A DNA stretch of 61,442 nucleotides, filler included. It is 5 parts of 5 records of this genome, joined end to end, with 100 filler letters (N's around TTAATTAATTAA, not from the genome) between each part and the next. Parts side by side here need not be neighbours in the genome. Positions count along the whole stretch, not along the records: positions 35,161 to 50,474 come from SRR20825006_1505; positions 50,575 to 61,442 come from SRR20825006_1533; 3 more parts are not named here. One strand, written 5' to 3'. Under the pieces are notes generated by a model. That model was not told where the DNA came from, did no database searches, and saw only the letters and a program-made list of their open reading frames with translations. Below, one piece after another: positions 48,442 to 58,405 of this stretch. The position numbers and the translations under genes are program-made. How positions within the stretch are numbered: position 1 is the stretch's first letter; every line of letters starts with the position of its first letter.

Positions 48442-49449
48442 TTATGCTGTTTTACCGCTCATGCGAAGCGGTTTTGCGGCGTGAAGCACCTTAAACCCAC
48501 CCGTATCGGCAATCTGTTGGCATGTGCCGAACATCTCGGCAAGCGTTGCCTCGTAGGGCAATTGCCGATTGGCCACCAGCCAAAGCTGACCCTGAGGTGA
48601 CAGCATCCCGGCGGCGGCGCGGATAAAAGCCTGACCCAGCCCCGGATCAGCCGCGCGCGAGGTATGAAACGGTGGGTTCATGATCACCGCATCCAGTTTT
48701 GTCGGCGGGGTGAATTTGGTCGCATCCTGCCAATGGAATTCCGCGCGCGGGTCTGTGACATTTTCGCGCGCACAGGCAAGAGCGGCGGCCTCTGCCTCGA
48801 CCACATGCAGGCGTTTCACCCCCGGATGATCCAAAATATGACGGGAGAGATAGCCCCAGCCCGCGCCAAGATCGGCGATTTTCGACGGTAATTTCTCGGG
48901 CAACGCGGCCAGAAGCGCCTGCGAGGCTTTGTCAATGCGATCCACCGAGAAGACGCCAAGCCGGGTGGTGAACCCGTCGATCAGATGCAGCGCACCAGGA
49001 TCGGCCCAATCGGTGAAATCACCGCCAGAAAAGGCGAAGGCCTTGCCATGGGCCTTGGAGACGACCTGCGCCACCTCGACCCGTTTGCGCACGTCCTTCA
49101 AAAGACTGTCGATGCCATCGGTTTTCTGCCCATCCACGATCACGCGCGTCGCCCGAGCGGCCGCATCGGCGATCAACGCCCGCGCCTCCGCCTTGGACCG
49201 CGGCACGGCAACAATGGCCAAATCAAATGCGCCCTCAGCCGCGACACGGGTATCAAACCCGCGCGCGGTGAGCGCATCGAAATCGGGTTTAAACCCCTGA
49301 ACGATCTGTAGAGTTGCGCCCGCGAGATCGGACAGATCGGCATCATGCGTAGGGCTATAAACCACAACGCGCGCAGGCACCGAGTCAGATAGATCGTGAC
49401 CAGACAGATCGTGGCCTTCGAGCAAAAGAGGGAGGCGGGAAGATATCAT
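48442..49449 (-). CDS. class I SAM methyltransferase, RsmC/MTS family
   Basis: DGQKTDGI, GVFS.D..D, DLGAGWG, NPPFH and VANR.LPY motifs. Confidence 0.88.
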   Translation of the reverse strand: MISSRLPLLLEGHDLSGHDLSDSVPARVVVYSPTHDADLSDLAGATLQIVQGFKPDFDALTARGFDTRVAAEGAFDLAIVAVPRSKAEARALIADAAARATRVIVDGQKTDGIDSLLKDVRKRVEVAQVVSKAHGKAFAFSGGDFTDWADPGALHLIDGFTTRLGVFSVDRIDKASQALLAALPEKLPSKIADLGAGWGYLSRHILDHPGVKRLHVVEAEAAALACARENVTDPRAEFHWQDATKFTPPTKLDAVIMNPPFHTSRAADPGLGQAFIRAAAGMLSPQGQLWLVANRQLPYEATLAEMFGTCQQIADTGGFKVLHAAKPLRMSGKTA

Positions 49450-49464
49450 GAAGCGGCGAAACGC

Positions 49465-49791
49465 CTATTCCTTTTCCATCGTGCATTGCAGCGGATGTTG
49501 ATGGCGGCGGGCGAAATCCATCACCTGCTGCACTTTGGTTTCGGCAATCTCAAACGGAAAGACCCCAACGACGGCCAAGCCCTTTTTATGCACGGTCAAC
49601 ATGATCTCCGTCGCATGACCATGGCCAATGCCAAAAAAGCGCTCCAGCACCAGAACGACAAATTCCATCGGCGTGTAATCGTCGTTCAAAAGCATCACCT
49701 TATACAATGGCGGACGCTTGGTTTTCGGCTTTGTTTTAAGCGCAAGATCGACATCGCCGTCGTCGAAACGGTCGTCTTTGTCGGACATCAT
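49465..49791 (-). CDS. clpS: ATP-dependent Clp protease adaptor
   Basis: [22 protein letters not shown] and HPLQC motifs; exact start uncertain. Confidence 0.95.
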   Translation of the reverse strand: MMSDKDDRFDDGDVDLALKTKPKTKRPPLYKVMLLNDDYTPMEFVVLVLERFFGIGHGHATEIMLTVHKKGLAVVGVFPFEIAETKVQQVMDFARRHQHPLQCTMEKE

Positions 49792-49927
49792 GTGAGGCAA
49801 GAGGGTCACTCTGGCGTCTCCGATTTTTGGATTTTGCACAAACTTACGGTCTTGATTGGCGTTATATAGCCCCTTTTTCGCATGAATAAAGAGGGTTATG
49901 CCAAAAGCAGTAAAGGGAGCATAGCAT

Positions 49928-50474
49928 ATGTCTGTCAAACTCGCGACAATCGCGTTCGATGCCGATGACACGCTTTGGGAAAACGAGGCGTTTTTTCGCA
50001 TGACCCAAGAACGATTCGCCGATCTTTTGTCCGATTACACCGAGCGCGATCACTTGGCGGGGCGGCTTTTGGCGGCGGAACGGCGCAACCTTGGCCAATA
50101 TGGATTCGGCATCAAAGGCTTTGTCTTGTCGATGATCGAAACGGCGATTGAGGTAACAGATCAAAGCGTTCCTGCCTCGGTGATCGCCGAATTGATTGCC
50201 GCCGGACAGGACATGTTGCGCCACCCGATTCACCTGCTCGATGGCGTCGAAGAGACAGTACGCGCCTTGGCCGAGCAGCATGAAATCCTGTTGGTGACCA
50301 AAGGCGATCTGTTGGATCAGGAACGCAAATTGGCGCAATCCGGTTTGGGCGATCTGTTTGATGGGGTCGAAATCGTCTCCGCCAAGACACCCGAGGTCTA
50401 TGCCGGCATTTTCGCGCGCCATAATGTGGCCCCCGAAGCCGCGATGATGGTGGGCAATTCGATGAAATCCGATG
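49928..50474 (+). CDS. HAD-family hydrolase, 3'-truncated
   Basis: [12 protein letters not shown] and MVGNS.KSD motifs. Confidence 0.92.
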
Positions 50475-50574
50475 NNNNNNNNNNNNNNNNNNNNNNNNNN
50501 NNNNNNNNNNNNNNNNNNTTAATTAATTAANNNNNNNNNNNNNNNNNNNNNNNNNNNNNNNNNNNNNNNNNNNN
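50475..50574. other. artificial contig spacer
   Basis: N44-TTAATTAATTAA-N44; sharp drop in GC content afterwards. Confidence 0.99.
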
Positions 50575-50959
50575 TCCTCCGACGCTTCGGAGCTGTTCCC
50601 GCTATTTAATAAAACCTTTCAGGAATCTGAGCGGTTTTTTTTGTTTGTAAAGTTGAGTCCTGGGTTCTTCCTAATTGTTATAGGGATGGATACTAGATTT
50701 AACTTCTCCCATAGCTTAAAATCCATTTTTCACTAATTCTCTCCTATAGAAAAGTGTGTTTACTTTAGTATATGTATTGCAATATATTAAGACGTTTTTC
50801 ATCTTTTTACATTATAGTCGCAAAAATGTTTGTGATTTTTTTTAGCACTCCTGTTTGTAATTACCTCATTGTTTAGGGGCTACAATTATTTCGTTTTATA
50901 GTTTAAATATTTTAAAGAATTTCTTTTTTTCTTAATAGTTATATTACATATTTTTGTTA

Positions 50960-50982
50960 TTATTTTAAATAAGTCTAAATAA
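50960..50982. promoter_or_regulatory. putative Bacteroidota Fur-like box TTATTTTAAATAAGTCTAAATAA
   Basis: Imperfect palindrome resembling TTATTTAGA-N5-TCTAAATAA, 60 bp upstream of the T9SS gene. Confidence 0.5.
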
Positions 50983-51042
50983 GAATAAGCTTTTTTCGAT
51001 TTCTAATTCAAATTAAATTTTATAACTATAAACCTTTAAATT

Positions 51043-52782
51043 ATGATTAATTTTATCCGTATTACATTCATTTTTTTATTTTTTACATGTACAACCCCAG
51101 CCCAAACTTTTCAAGAAACCACCGTTCCTTTTCTGGATTTTTGGTTTTCATCTAGTGCTATCGGCGATATAGACAATGATGGTGATAATGATGTGATTAT
51201 TTCTGGTGCTGTTGATACAACTAGTGGCGGGCCAGATACAACTATAGCACAAGTATATATAAATGATGGCGGGACTTTTTCGTTAAGTACTTCTTTTGAA
51301 ATTGAGAAAGCCCTACATCTAGGAGACATGAAACTTTTTGATGTAAACAATGACGGTCTTTTAGACTTAGTAATTACTGGGTTAAGCTATGACGACATCG
51401 TTAACTATAAACTGTATACCTATATAAATACAGGAAATAGTTTTGAGTTACAAGATGATGCAATAGGGAAAATTTTTGGCTCGATTAATTACGGTGATTT
51501 TGACAATAACGGGAGTTTAGATTTTATTACCAACGGAACTCAATATATTGAAGGAACAGGATTTGTAAATATTTTAGATATTTATAAAAATACCGCGGGA
51601 AGCTTCGATAAGTCTGTACTTCTTAATGAAGGGTCTCAGAATGGAAACGTTCATCTAGTGGATTTTAATAATGATAATGCTTTAGATTTTATTCAAATAG
51701 GTGTTGATGTAAATTACGACCCGCTTTTTAAGATATTCATCAATAACGAAGGGCAGCTAGAAGAGACTGTAAGTGTTGAATCATTAGGATCAGGAAACAT
51801 TGCAATAGCCGATTTCAACGCAGATGGTTTCCTTGATATAGTGGCACAGGGTTCAGATGAAAATTTTGATCCTGTTTTAAAAGTATTCTTTAATCAAGGC
51901 GATTTTGTTTTTAATGAACTTGATTTAACCCCAGAAGCTACAACCAATTCTAGTGGTGCAAAAACAATTGCAATTGGAGATTTAAATTCCGATGGCTACA
52001 ATGATTTTATTACTATTGGGGAAGACGACGATTACAATGGGTTTACAAAAATATTCATCTTCGACCCTTCAAATGAAACTTTTAATGTTGTAACTGATAA
52101 TACAGGATTGATGCACATAGGAGGTTCAGGTTATGTTATTTTAGAAGATGTAGATAATGACACTCAATTAGACCTTTTAGTTTCCGGATTTACAGAGCTT
52201 GCGGGTGATTATACAGGCGTAACGAGACTTTTTAAAAACCTTTCTACCACTGCCAATGTAAACCCTGAACCGCCAACTGTATTAAATATGGAGGTTGAAG
52301 GTGAAAAATTACTGTTTTCTTGGAGCGGTGCTTCAGATGATAAAACTCCAGTTGAAGGGCTTCTATATGAATTGCGAGTAGGTACTTCTGAAGGTGGTTC
52401 CCAAATAGCAAAATATGTAGTAAACACCCCTTCTTGGATGCTTCAGTTAGATGAAATGCCAGAAACTATTTATTGGGCTGTACGAAGTATCGACCCTTCT
52501 AAGCTTTTTTCTGATGAATCTGAAGAAATGGTAGAGTCAACACTTTCTACCTCTAACTTTGAAATAGCTACTATATCAGTATATCCTAATCCAGCAAAAG
52601 ATTATTTTAGTGTAACTGGAATTAATATTGAGGAAATATCCTTAATAGGGATAGATGGGAAGTTATTAATGACCACAACAAACCCTAATTACATTAATAC
52701 AGATCAATTAGAGGCTGGGGTTTATCTAGTAAAAATTAAAACTGCAAACAGTAAAATATCAAAAAAAATAGTTGTGCAATAA
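51043..52782 (+). CDS. FG-GAP/VCBS beta-propeller protein with FN3-like domain and T9SS type A sorting domain
   Basis: Seven DxDxDG-type repeats (GDIDNDGDND, DVNNDG, GDFDNNG...); YPNP...GVY.VK CTD; signal peptide. Confidence 0.9.
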   Translation: MINFIRITFIFLFFTCTTPAQTFQETTVPFLDFWFSSSAIGDIDNDGDNDVIISGAVDTTSGGPDTTIAQVYINDGGTFSLSTSFEIEKALHLGDMKLFDVNNDGLLDLVITGLSYDDIVNYKLYTYINTGNSFELQDDAIGKIFGSINYGDFDNNGSLDFITNGTQYIEGTGFVNILDIYKNTAGSFDKSVLLNEGSQNGNVHLVDFNNDNALDFIQIGVDVNYDPLFKIFINNEGQLEETVSVESLGSGNIAIADFNADGFLDIVAQGSDENFDPVLKVFFNQGDFVFNELDLTPEATTNSSGAKTIAIGDLNSDGYNDFITIGEDDDYNGFTKIFIFDPSNETFNVVTDNTGLMHIGGSGYVILEDVDNDTQLDLLVSGFTELAGDYTGVTRLFKNLSTTANVNPEPPTVLNMEVEGEKLLFSWSGASDDKTPVEGLLYELRVGTSEGGSQIAKYVVNTPSWMLQLDEMPETIYWAVRSIDPSKLFSDESEEMVESTLSTSNFEIATISVYPNPAKDYFSVTGINIEEISLIGIDGKLLMTTTNPNYINTDQLEAGVYLVKIKTANSKISKKIVVQ

Positions 52783-52799
52783 ATTGTTTCCATGATTAT

Positions 52800-52830
52800 A
52801 GGTCGCCCAAAAATTGGGCGACCTTTTCTT
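52800..52830 (+). terminator. intrinsic terminator
   Basis: aggtcgcccaa-aaa-ttgggcgacct followed by tttctt. Confidence 0.85.
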
Positions 52831-52837
52831 ATATTAC

Positions 52838-53854
52838 TTATAATGCATAATTAAGATAAAAGGAAAGATTGTTTTTGGATTCTACATTTCCGCCAAAGAG
52901 ATTTTGACTTATAGGCAGTGTGTATTTTGCGCCAAATAAAAAATTTCCTGACACAAATTCAGAACCAATGGAACCGTTAAATATGGAGCCATCGGTATCT
53001 GCTAATTTTTCTCCAAATTGTTCAATTGAACCATATACATCTCCTGAAATACCAAGCATTGGTTTTATAATGCTTTTTTTAAAATTTAGGTCATAAAAAG
53101 TAGTGGCAGCATAACTAAGTTGATTACCAAAACGGTAATTGTTTTTATTTTCAGTTTTTAAGTAATAGGCTAGTGTTGCAGCAAAGCCTATGTTGCTTTT
53201 TTTGTAGCCATAAACTAGGGTTGAAAAAACATCTAAACTTCCCGTTCCAACTTGAAAACCTGGATTAATTTTATCTGTTAAACGTTCTTCAAATTCCCCT
53301 GTGGGTAGTTTTAGTCCTAAACCAAAATTAAGGGTGTGGTTAGAGCGTTCTCTTTCAACAACAAAGTCCATTTCACCTGTGGTTTCTTGTTTTTTCTTAT
53401 AAAATTTAAACTGATACCAGCCCATTATGTTTATATCTCCTAGCCCGTTAATATGTTCTGTTCTATTATTAAAATTACGCGTTAAATCTTGATAAGGGAT
53501 AATTGCACTTAAAAAAAATGACTCACTCAAAGGCACTCTTCCCCATATTTGGTAAGTGTTAAACTGTTCTTTACTTTTTGGTGAATTATTAAAGATACCG
53601 TCCCGAGATTCAAAATTTTGGTATATGTATCTTAATCCTATAAAGTTTGATAGGCTTAAATCGCCAAAGGCAGAACTACCACCACTTGTAGTGCAACCAC
53701 ACAAATCGCAGTCATCTTCCAAATAAATAAAATGAAAAGAATTACTGCTCAATGTGTCTTTAATAAGCATACTTGTATTTGCATTTCCAAAGCCAAAAAA
53801 AAGTATAAATACGATAGAAAAAAGGGTTGTTTTAATATTCTGAAAATCGTTCAT
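52838..53854 (-). CDS. outer-membrane beta-barrel transporter-family protein with N-terminal CDxCGC motif
   Basis: CDLCGC, GLGD, GLKLPTG and QVGTGS.D motifs; alternating aromatic C-terminus; start uncertain. Confidence 0.75.
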   Translation of the reverse strand: MNDFQNIKTTLFSIVFILFFGFGNANTSMLIKDTLSSNSFHFIYLEDDCDLCGCTTSGGSSAFGDLSLSNFIGLRYIYQNFESRDGIFNNSPKSKEQFNTYQIWGRVPLSESFFLSAIIPYQDLTRNFNNRTEHINGLGDINIMGWYQFKFYKKKQETTGEMDFVVERERSNHTLNFGLGLKLPTGEFEERLTDKINPGFQVGTGSLDVFSTLVYGYKKSNIGFAATLAYYLKTENKNNYRFGNQLSYAATTFYDLNFKKSIIKPMLGISGDVYGSIEQFGEKLADTDGSIFNGSIGSEFVSGNFLFGAKYTLPISQNLFGGNVESKNNLSFYLNYAL

Positions 53855-54875
53855 CTTGTAAAAATTCATTGTCAGTTAAGGTTTTTAAAAAAGCAATAAT
53901 GCTTTCTTTTTCATATTCAGTAAGTGAAATTCCGTACGAGCCATCAGGGCGTAACAATAGTGGGTCTACATTGCCATTATCCACAATTCCGGAATCATAA
54001 AAATTTAGCACGGCTTCAAGGGTTGCAAATCGGCCATCATGCATGTATGGATATGTTTTATCAATATTTCGCAAACTCGGAACCTTAAATTTGTATAGGT
54101 CATCAGGGTTTTCAAAAATTGAGTAACGTCCCTTATCATTAAGCATTGGGTTAATTGGCAGGCCATTATTTCGATAGTTTTGATCGGTAAACAAATCTGT
54201 TGCATGACATGAAGCACATTTAGTGTTGAATAAATTCATTCCTTTAATCTCAATTTGAGTAAGCACTACATTGTCTTCATTCCTTTTATACTTGTCGTAT
54301 TTTGAGTTTGACGTTACCATCATTATCATAAATTGCGACAATGCTTTCAGCATGTTTTCAGTATTTATTTCTCCATCCTCAAAAGCACGAATAAAGTCGT
54401 TTTGATACGCTGTATCATCTTTTAATTTTTGGATAACATTACCAAGAGTTTCACCCATTTCAAGGTCACTTGTAATAGGAATCACAGGTTGTAAGTCTAA
54501 ATGTGTAGCTGCACCATCCCACATAAATTCAGATTGAAAAACCATATTTTGTATTGGTTGTGCATTTCTTAAGCCGATACCGCCATTAACACCATGGCTT
54601 AAGGTATGGCCATGATGTGTAAATGCAAATGCTTGTTCGTGGCAAAATGCACAAGGGATAGAATTATTCGCAGATAATTTACCTTCATAAAATAGTTTTT
54701 TCCCTAAATCAAAACCCGCTTGTGTAATAGGGTTGTTTTCCAAATTGTATTGAATTGCCGGAAAATTTGAGGGTGTTTCAAAATTTATAGGAATCGCTTC
54801 ATAAACAACGGCACTATCTGTTTTTGAGCACGATATGTAAGCTATGAAGGTGCATATTATAAATATTTTTTTCAT
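53832..54875 (-). CDS. mbnH: di-heme cytochrome c peroxidase/MauG-family lipoprotein, MbnH-like
   Basis: CAFCH and CASCH heme motifs; LGKKLFY, FKVPSLRN and PYMHDG; adjacent to mbnP. Confidence 0.85.
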   Translation of the reverse strand: MKKIFIICTFIAYISCSKTDSAVVYEAIPINFETPSNFPAIQYNLENNPITQAGFDLGKKLFYEGKLSANNSIPCAFCHEQAFAFTHHGHTLSHGVNGGIGLRNAQPIQNMVFQSEFMWDGAATHLDLQPVIPITSDLEMGETLGNVIQKLKDDTAYQNDFIRAFEDGEINTENMLKALSQFMIMMVTSNSKYDKYKRNEDNVVLTQIEIKGMNLFNTKCASCHATDLFTDQNYRNNGLPINPMLNDKGRYSIFENPDDLYKFKVPSLRNIDKTYPYMHDGRFATLEAVLNFYDSGIVDNGNVDPLLLRPDGSYGISLTEYEKESIIAFLKTLTDNEFLQDERFSEY

Positions 54876-54955
54876 AAATATGTTTTAGACATAGAAAATG
54901 GAGCAGATCGTTTTAATTAATCTTTAAACGATCTGCCTCCAATTTTTATGAAAAA

Positions 54956-55753
54956 TTAATTGTTGTGTACGTGGTGTACTTCAAACATTCCCATGATGTT
55001 GTCAGCAATAATTGGTGTTGTTATTGGGTCTGTATGCACTTGGTCAAAACCGTCCATAAAATTTACAGAAGAAGCACCATCAAAAACTTTAGCAATATCA
55101 GCTTTAATATGAATTTGTGGTTCTGTGGCTGTTCTAACTCTTACCGAGTTGGGTAGTGTCATACTTACTGCTCTATAATTATCTAATGAAGTGCCAACAC
55201 TTCCCATGTGGATATTTAGTGCTTGATTAGTAACTGTACTCGATGAAAAAGTTCCATCAAATCTTGTAAATCTGTAGCCAGTGGCCCAAGACCATAGCAT
55301 TCCTTCATCCTCTGCAAGTTGTAAAAAATCACCTTGCCCGTCAGCTCCAAGTTCATAACGATCTTGATCAACACCCACACCAAAAGAAATAGAAGTGTAA
55401 TCTGCAGCATCAACATTATCAAGGGTTATCCAGATTTCACCTGCATTATTTCCTTTTGCTTCGTCAATAATAAATATATTATCATTAACTGGATACATAA
55501 ATGTTTTTCCGTTACTGTCCGTCAATGCTATATTACTTATTAAGTATTTTAAAGTTTCCAATTTGTAGGACTCTCCGTTAGATTTTTCATAAGAAGTTCC
55601 GAAAATAAAATCTTGATCACCAACGCCATTATCAAATTTTATAACCAACTGTCCTTTTTGTCCAGTTAGGTCCTCGGTATTGTCATCGTCACTTGAACAT
55701 GATATAATAGCAGTGCTTAGCATTAATAAAAATGCTATTTTTAATGTATTCAT
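54956..55753 (-). CDS. mbnP: MbnP-family copper-binding lipoprotein
   Basis: Lipobox IISC; LKYLISNI, FGVGVD and MLWSWATGY (WxW) motifs; HMG. Confidence 0.85.
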   Translation of the reverse strand: MNTLKIAFLLMLSTAIISCSSDDDNTEDLTGQKGQLVIKFDNGVGDQDFIFGTSYEKSNGESYKLETLKYLISNIALTDSNGKTFMYPVNDNIFIIDEAKGNNAGEIWITLDNVDAADYTSISFGVGVDQDRYELGADGQGDFLQLAEDEGMLWSWATGYRFTRFDGTFSSSTVTNQALNIHMGSVGTSLDNYRAVSMTLPNSVRVRTATEPQIHIKADIAKVFDGASSVNFMDGFDQVHTDPITTPIIADNIMGMFEVHHVHNN

Positions 55754-55833
55754 TTTTTATAAAGTTTAAAATATAGGGGTGCTGTTTTAGGCAAGCACCT
55801 AAAGCCTTGTGTGAAAAAAGCTATATGTAAACT

Positions 55834-56220
55834 TTATGAAATAGGAGGTTTAAGAAGCTGGAATACTGTACTGTATTTGTAATTTTTTGAATAATTGAAA
55901 TTTTGAAGTCCAGCTGTTTTAAAAAGTGTAGTATTTAACGCAAAGGGGTGTTCAGGTTGAAAATATACAGGAAAAAAAGATTCAGAAATAATATTTGTTA
56001 CACCTTTACTTTGGGTGTCACTTTTTTCAGAAGAAATAATTTGAAGCTTTTCTGATAAGTGGCATTTACCATTACACTGTAGTTCGGGTTTGTCTTTATT
56101 GATGCAATAAGTCTCAATGATGTAATCAATATTTAATTGGTAATAAAGCACATTTGAAACAAAAAACAGTGGCCTGAATGAAAAAGAAAGTAATAATATG
56201 AATAAAAAAAAGTTTTTCAG
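55834..56220 (-). CDS. small conserved Bacteroidota protein with CxN-x7-CNGKC motif, probable CTG start
   Basis: Frame open from CTG 56220 (MKNFFLFILLLSFSFRP...), in-frame TGA three codons upstream; YCINKDKPELQCNGKCHL; C-terminal KPP. Confidence 0.75.
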   Translation of the reverse strand: MKNFFLFILLLSFSFRPLFFVSNVLYYQLNIDYIIETYCINKDKPELQCNGKCHLSEKLQIISSEKSDTQSKGVTNIISESFFPVYFQPEHPFALNTTLFKTAGLQNFNYSKNYKYSTVFQLLKPPIS

Positions 56221-56237
56221 GGTGCTTCAATTTTTTG

Positions 56238-56245
56238 CAAATTTA
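56238..56245 (-). promoter_or_regulatory. Bacteroidota -7 promoter element TAAATTTG
   Basis: TAnnTTTG consensus just upstream of the four-gene operon. Confidence 0.65.
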
Positions 56246-56447
56246 ATAATTAAAAATCGTTGCTATCTGTTAAAACTGCTATTTGTGACAGACTAATTTT
56301 CTAAAAAGAAAACTTTAAAAATTTAGTTTATTTATGTAGGAAATTTTATAATATCAAGTATTTTTTCACAATCTCAATTACTTTAGCATTAGTATTATTT
56401 TCAAAACTCATTTAGTACCTTCGTGATTATTTTTTATAAAATTTTAT

Positions 56448-58385
56448 ATGATGAAATATTTCTTAAACGGGCTATTTACTTTAGCACTTCTTTGTCCTGC
56501 ATTGCTTCCATTACATGGGCAAAAAGTTAACCCAGACAACCAACTATTGTTTAATGATTTTACCTACAGACAAGGCAATATATACCGTACTGCTTCTGGA
56601 AAACCTGGGCCTGAATATTGGCAAAACTCTGCAGATTATACAATTGAAGCAAGTTTAGATGCTGAAAAACATACTATTACTGGAGATGTAACCATTAATT
56701 ATACAAACAATAGCCCTGAAGCATTAGATTTTATTTGGCTTTTTTTAGAGCAGAATCGCTTTACAGAAAATTCAAGAGGGACATTAACTACGCCCGTTCA
56801 AGGAAATAGATATAACGGTGATGTGGAAGGTGGTTATGAGTTAAAAAATGTTTCTGCCAAAACAAAAACAGGAACTTCTACCAAGCATATTATTACCGAT
56901 ACCCGCATGCAAATTTGGCTTGATAAACCCCTTGCTGCAAAAGGCGGAACGGTAGCAATAAACATGAACTTCACCTTTAAGGTTCCTGTGGAAGGAATGG
57001 ACCGAATGGGGCGATTAAAAGTTGAAGATGGAACTATTTATGCCATTGCACAATGGTATCCACGTGTAGCTGTTTTTGATGATGTAGTGGGTTGGAATAC
57101 CGACCCGTATTTAGGCGCTGGAGAGTTTTATTGTGAATATGGAGACTTTGATGTGAAAATAACTGCTCCTGCAGACCAAACGGTAAGCTGTTCTGGAAAA
57201 TTAGTTAATCCAAATGAAGTGCTCACTAAAACCCAACAGGAGCGTTGGGCTCAAGCCGAAAAAAGTGATAAAACTGTTTATATTATTAAACCAGAAGAAG
57301 TAGGAAAACCAATAAGTCATGCTAAAAATAACGGTACACTTACATGGCATTTTAAAATGGAAAATACCCGCGATGTAGCATGGACTGCCTCAAATGCATT
57401 TATTTGGGATGCTGCAAAAATTAATTTACAAGATGGTAAAACTGCTTTAGCGCAATCTTTTTATCCAAAAGAAAGTGATGGTACTTCCGCTTGGACTCGC
57501 TCTACAGAATATACCAAAGCTTCAATTGAGTTTTACTCTCAAACCTATTTTTCATATCCATATAGCACCGCAATAAATGTTGCTGCAAGTGTTGGTGGAA
57601 TGGAATATCCAGCCGTTAGCTTTTGCCATTATCAAAGTAAAGGTTCAAGTCTTTGGGGGGTAACCGACCATGAATTTGGCCACAACTGGTTTCCAATGAT
57701 TGTAGGGAGTAATGAACGTCGCTATCCGTGGATGGACGAGGGCTTCAATACATTTATAAATTTATATAGTACTGCTACTTTTAATAATGGTGAGTATGTT
57801 TCGCCACAAGACAATCCACGAAGCATATTGCCATATCTAACTTCTGAAAATAGAGAAGGAATTGATACCTATCCAGATGTTGCACACTCTAGAAACTTAG
57901 CATATACTGCATATTACAAGCCGGCAGTAGGGCTTTATTTACTTCGTGAATATATTGTTGGCCCAGAGCGTTTTGACAATGCTTTTAAAAGCTACATCCA
58001 TACTTGGGCATACAAACACCCACAGCCAAATGATTTTTTTAATCACATTGAAAACGTAGCAGGTGAAGATCTTTCATGGTTTTGGAAAGGATGGTTTTAT
58101 GGTAATGGGAACATAGATCTTGGTATTTCGGAAGTAAAACCTTTTAATGGCAATTACCTAATTACAGTTGAAAACAATGGGCAAATACCAATGCCTGTAC
58201 AGTTTCAAGTAACTTATGAAGACAATACAAAAGAAGAAGTTTTACTTCCGGTAGAAATATGGCAACGCGGTAATTCTTGGACACATTTACTAAAAACCAA
58301 CAAGCAAATTCAACGTGTGGTAATGGATTCAAACAAAATGCTACCAGATGTTAATGTTTTAAACGATACCTGGAATAAACTATAA
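56448..58385 (+). CDS. M1-family metallo-aminopeptidase
   Basis: GGMEYP and HEFGH-x18-E (WMDEG) motifs; signal peptide. Confidence 0.93.
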   Translation: MMKYFLNGLFTLALLCPALLPLHGQKVNPDNQLLFNDFTYRQGNIYRTASGKPGPEYWQNSADYTIEASLDAEKHTITGDVTINYTNNSPEALDFIWLFLEQNRFTENSRGTLTTPVQGNRYNGDVEGGYELKNVSAKTKTGTSTKHIITDTRMQIWLDKPLAAKGGTVAINMNFTFKVPVEGMDRMGRLKVEDGTIYAIAQWYPRVAVFDDVVGWNTDPYLGAGEFYCEYGDFDVKITAPADQTVSCSGKLVNPNEVLTKTQQERWAQAEKSDKTVYIIKPEEVGKPISHAKNNGTLTWHFKMENTRDVAWTASNAFIWDAAKINLQDGKTALAQSFYPKESDGTSAWTRSTEYTKASIEFYSQTYFSYPYSTAINVAASVGGMEYPAVSFCHYQSKGSSLWGVTDHEFGHNWFPMIVGSNERRYPWMDEGFNTFINLYSTATFNNGEYVSPQDNPRSILPYLTSENREGIDTYPDVAHSRNLAYTAYYKPAVGLYLLREYIVGPERFDNAFKSYIHTWAYKHPQPNDFFNHIENVAGEDLSWFWKGWFYGNGNIDLGISEVKPFNGNYLITVENNGQIPMPVQFQVTYEDNTKEEVLLPVEIWQRGNSWTHLLKTNKQIQRVVMDSNKMLPDVNVLNDTWNKL

Positions 58386-58405
58386 GTACTAAATATTAGA
58401 TATTT

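Noticed and set aside
6228-50574. Repeated TTAATTAATTAA motif flanked by Ns as a biological repeat
   Set aside because: Identical 100-bp assembly spacer with six-frame stops; an artefact
50575-50645. Hairpins at the contig start as a tRNA or ncRNA end
   Set aside because: Only a short ctccga/tcggag stem and a terminator-like hairpin; no T-loop or acceptor stem can be supported
53832-55753. Methanobactin biosynthetic cluster
   Set aside because: No mbnA precursor or mbnB/mbnC in the contig; only the MbnP/H pair
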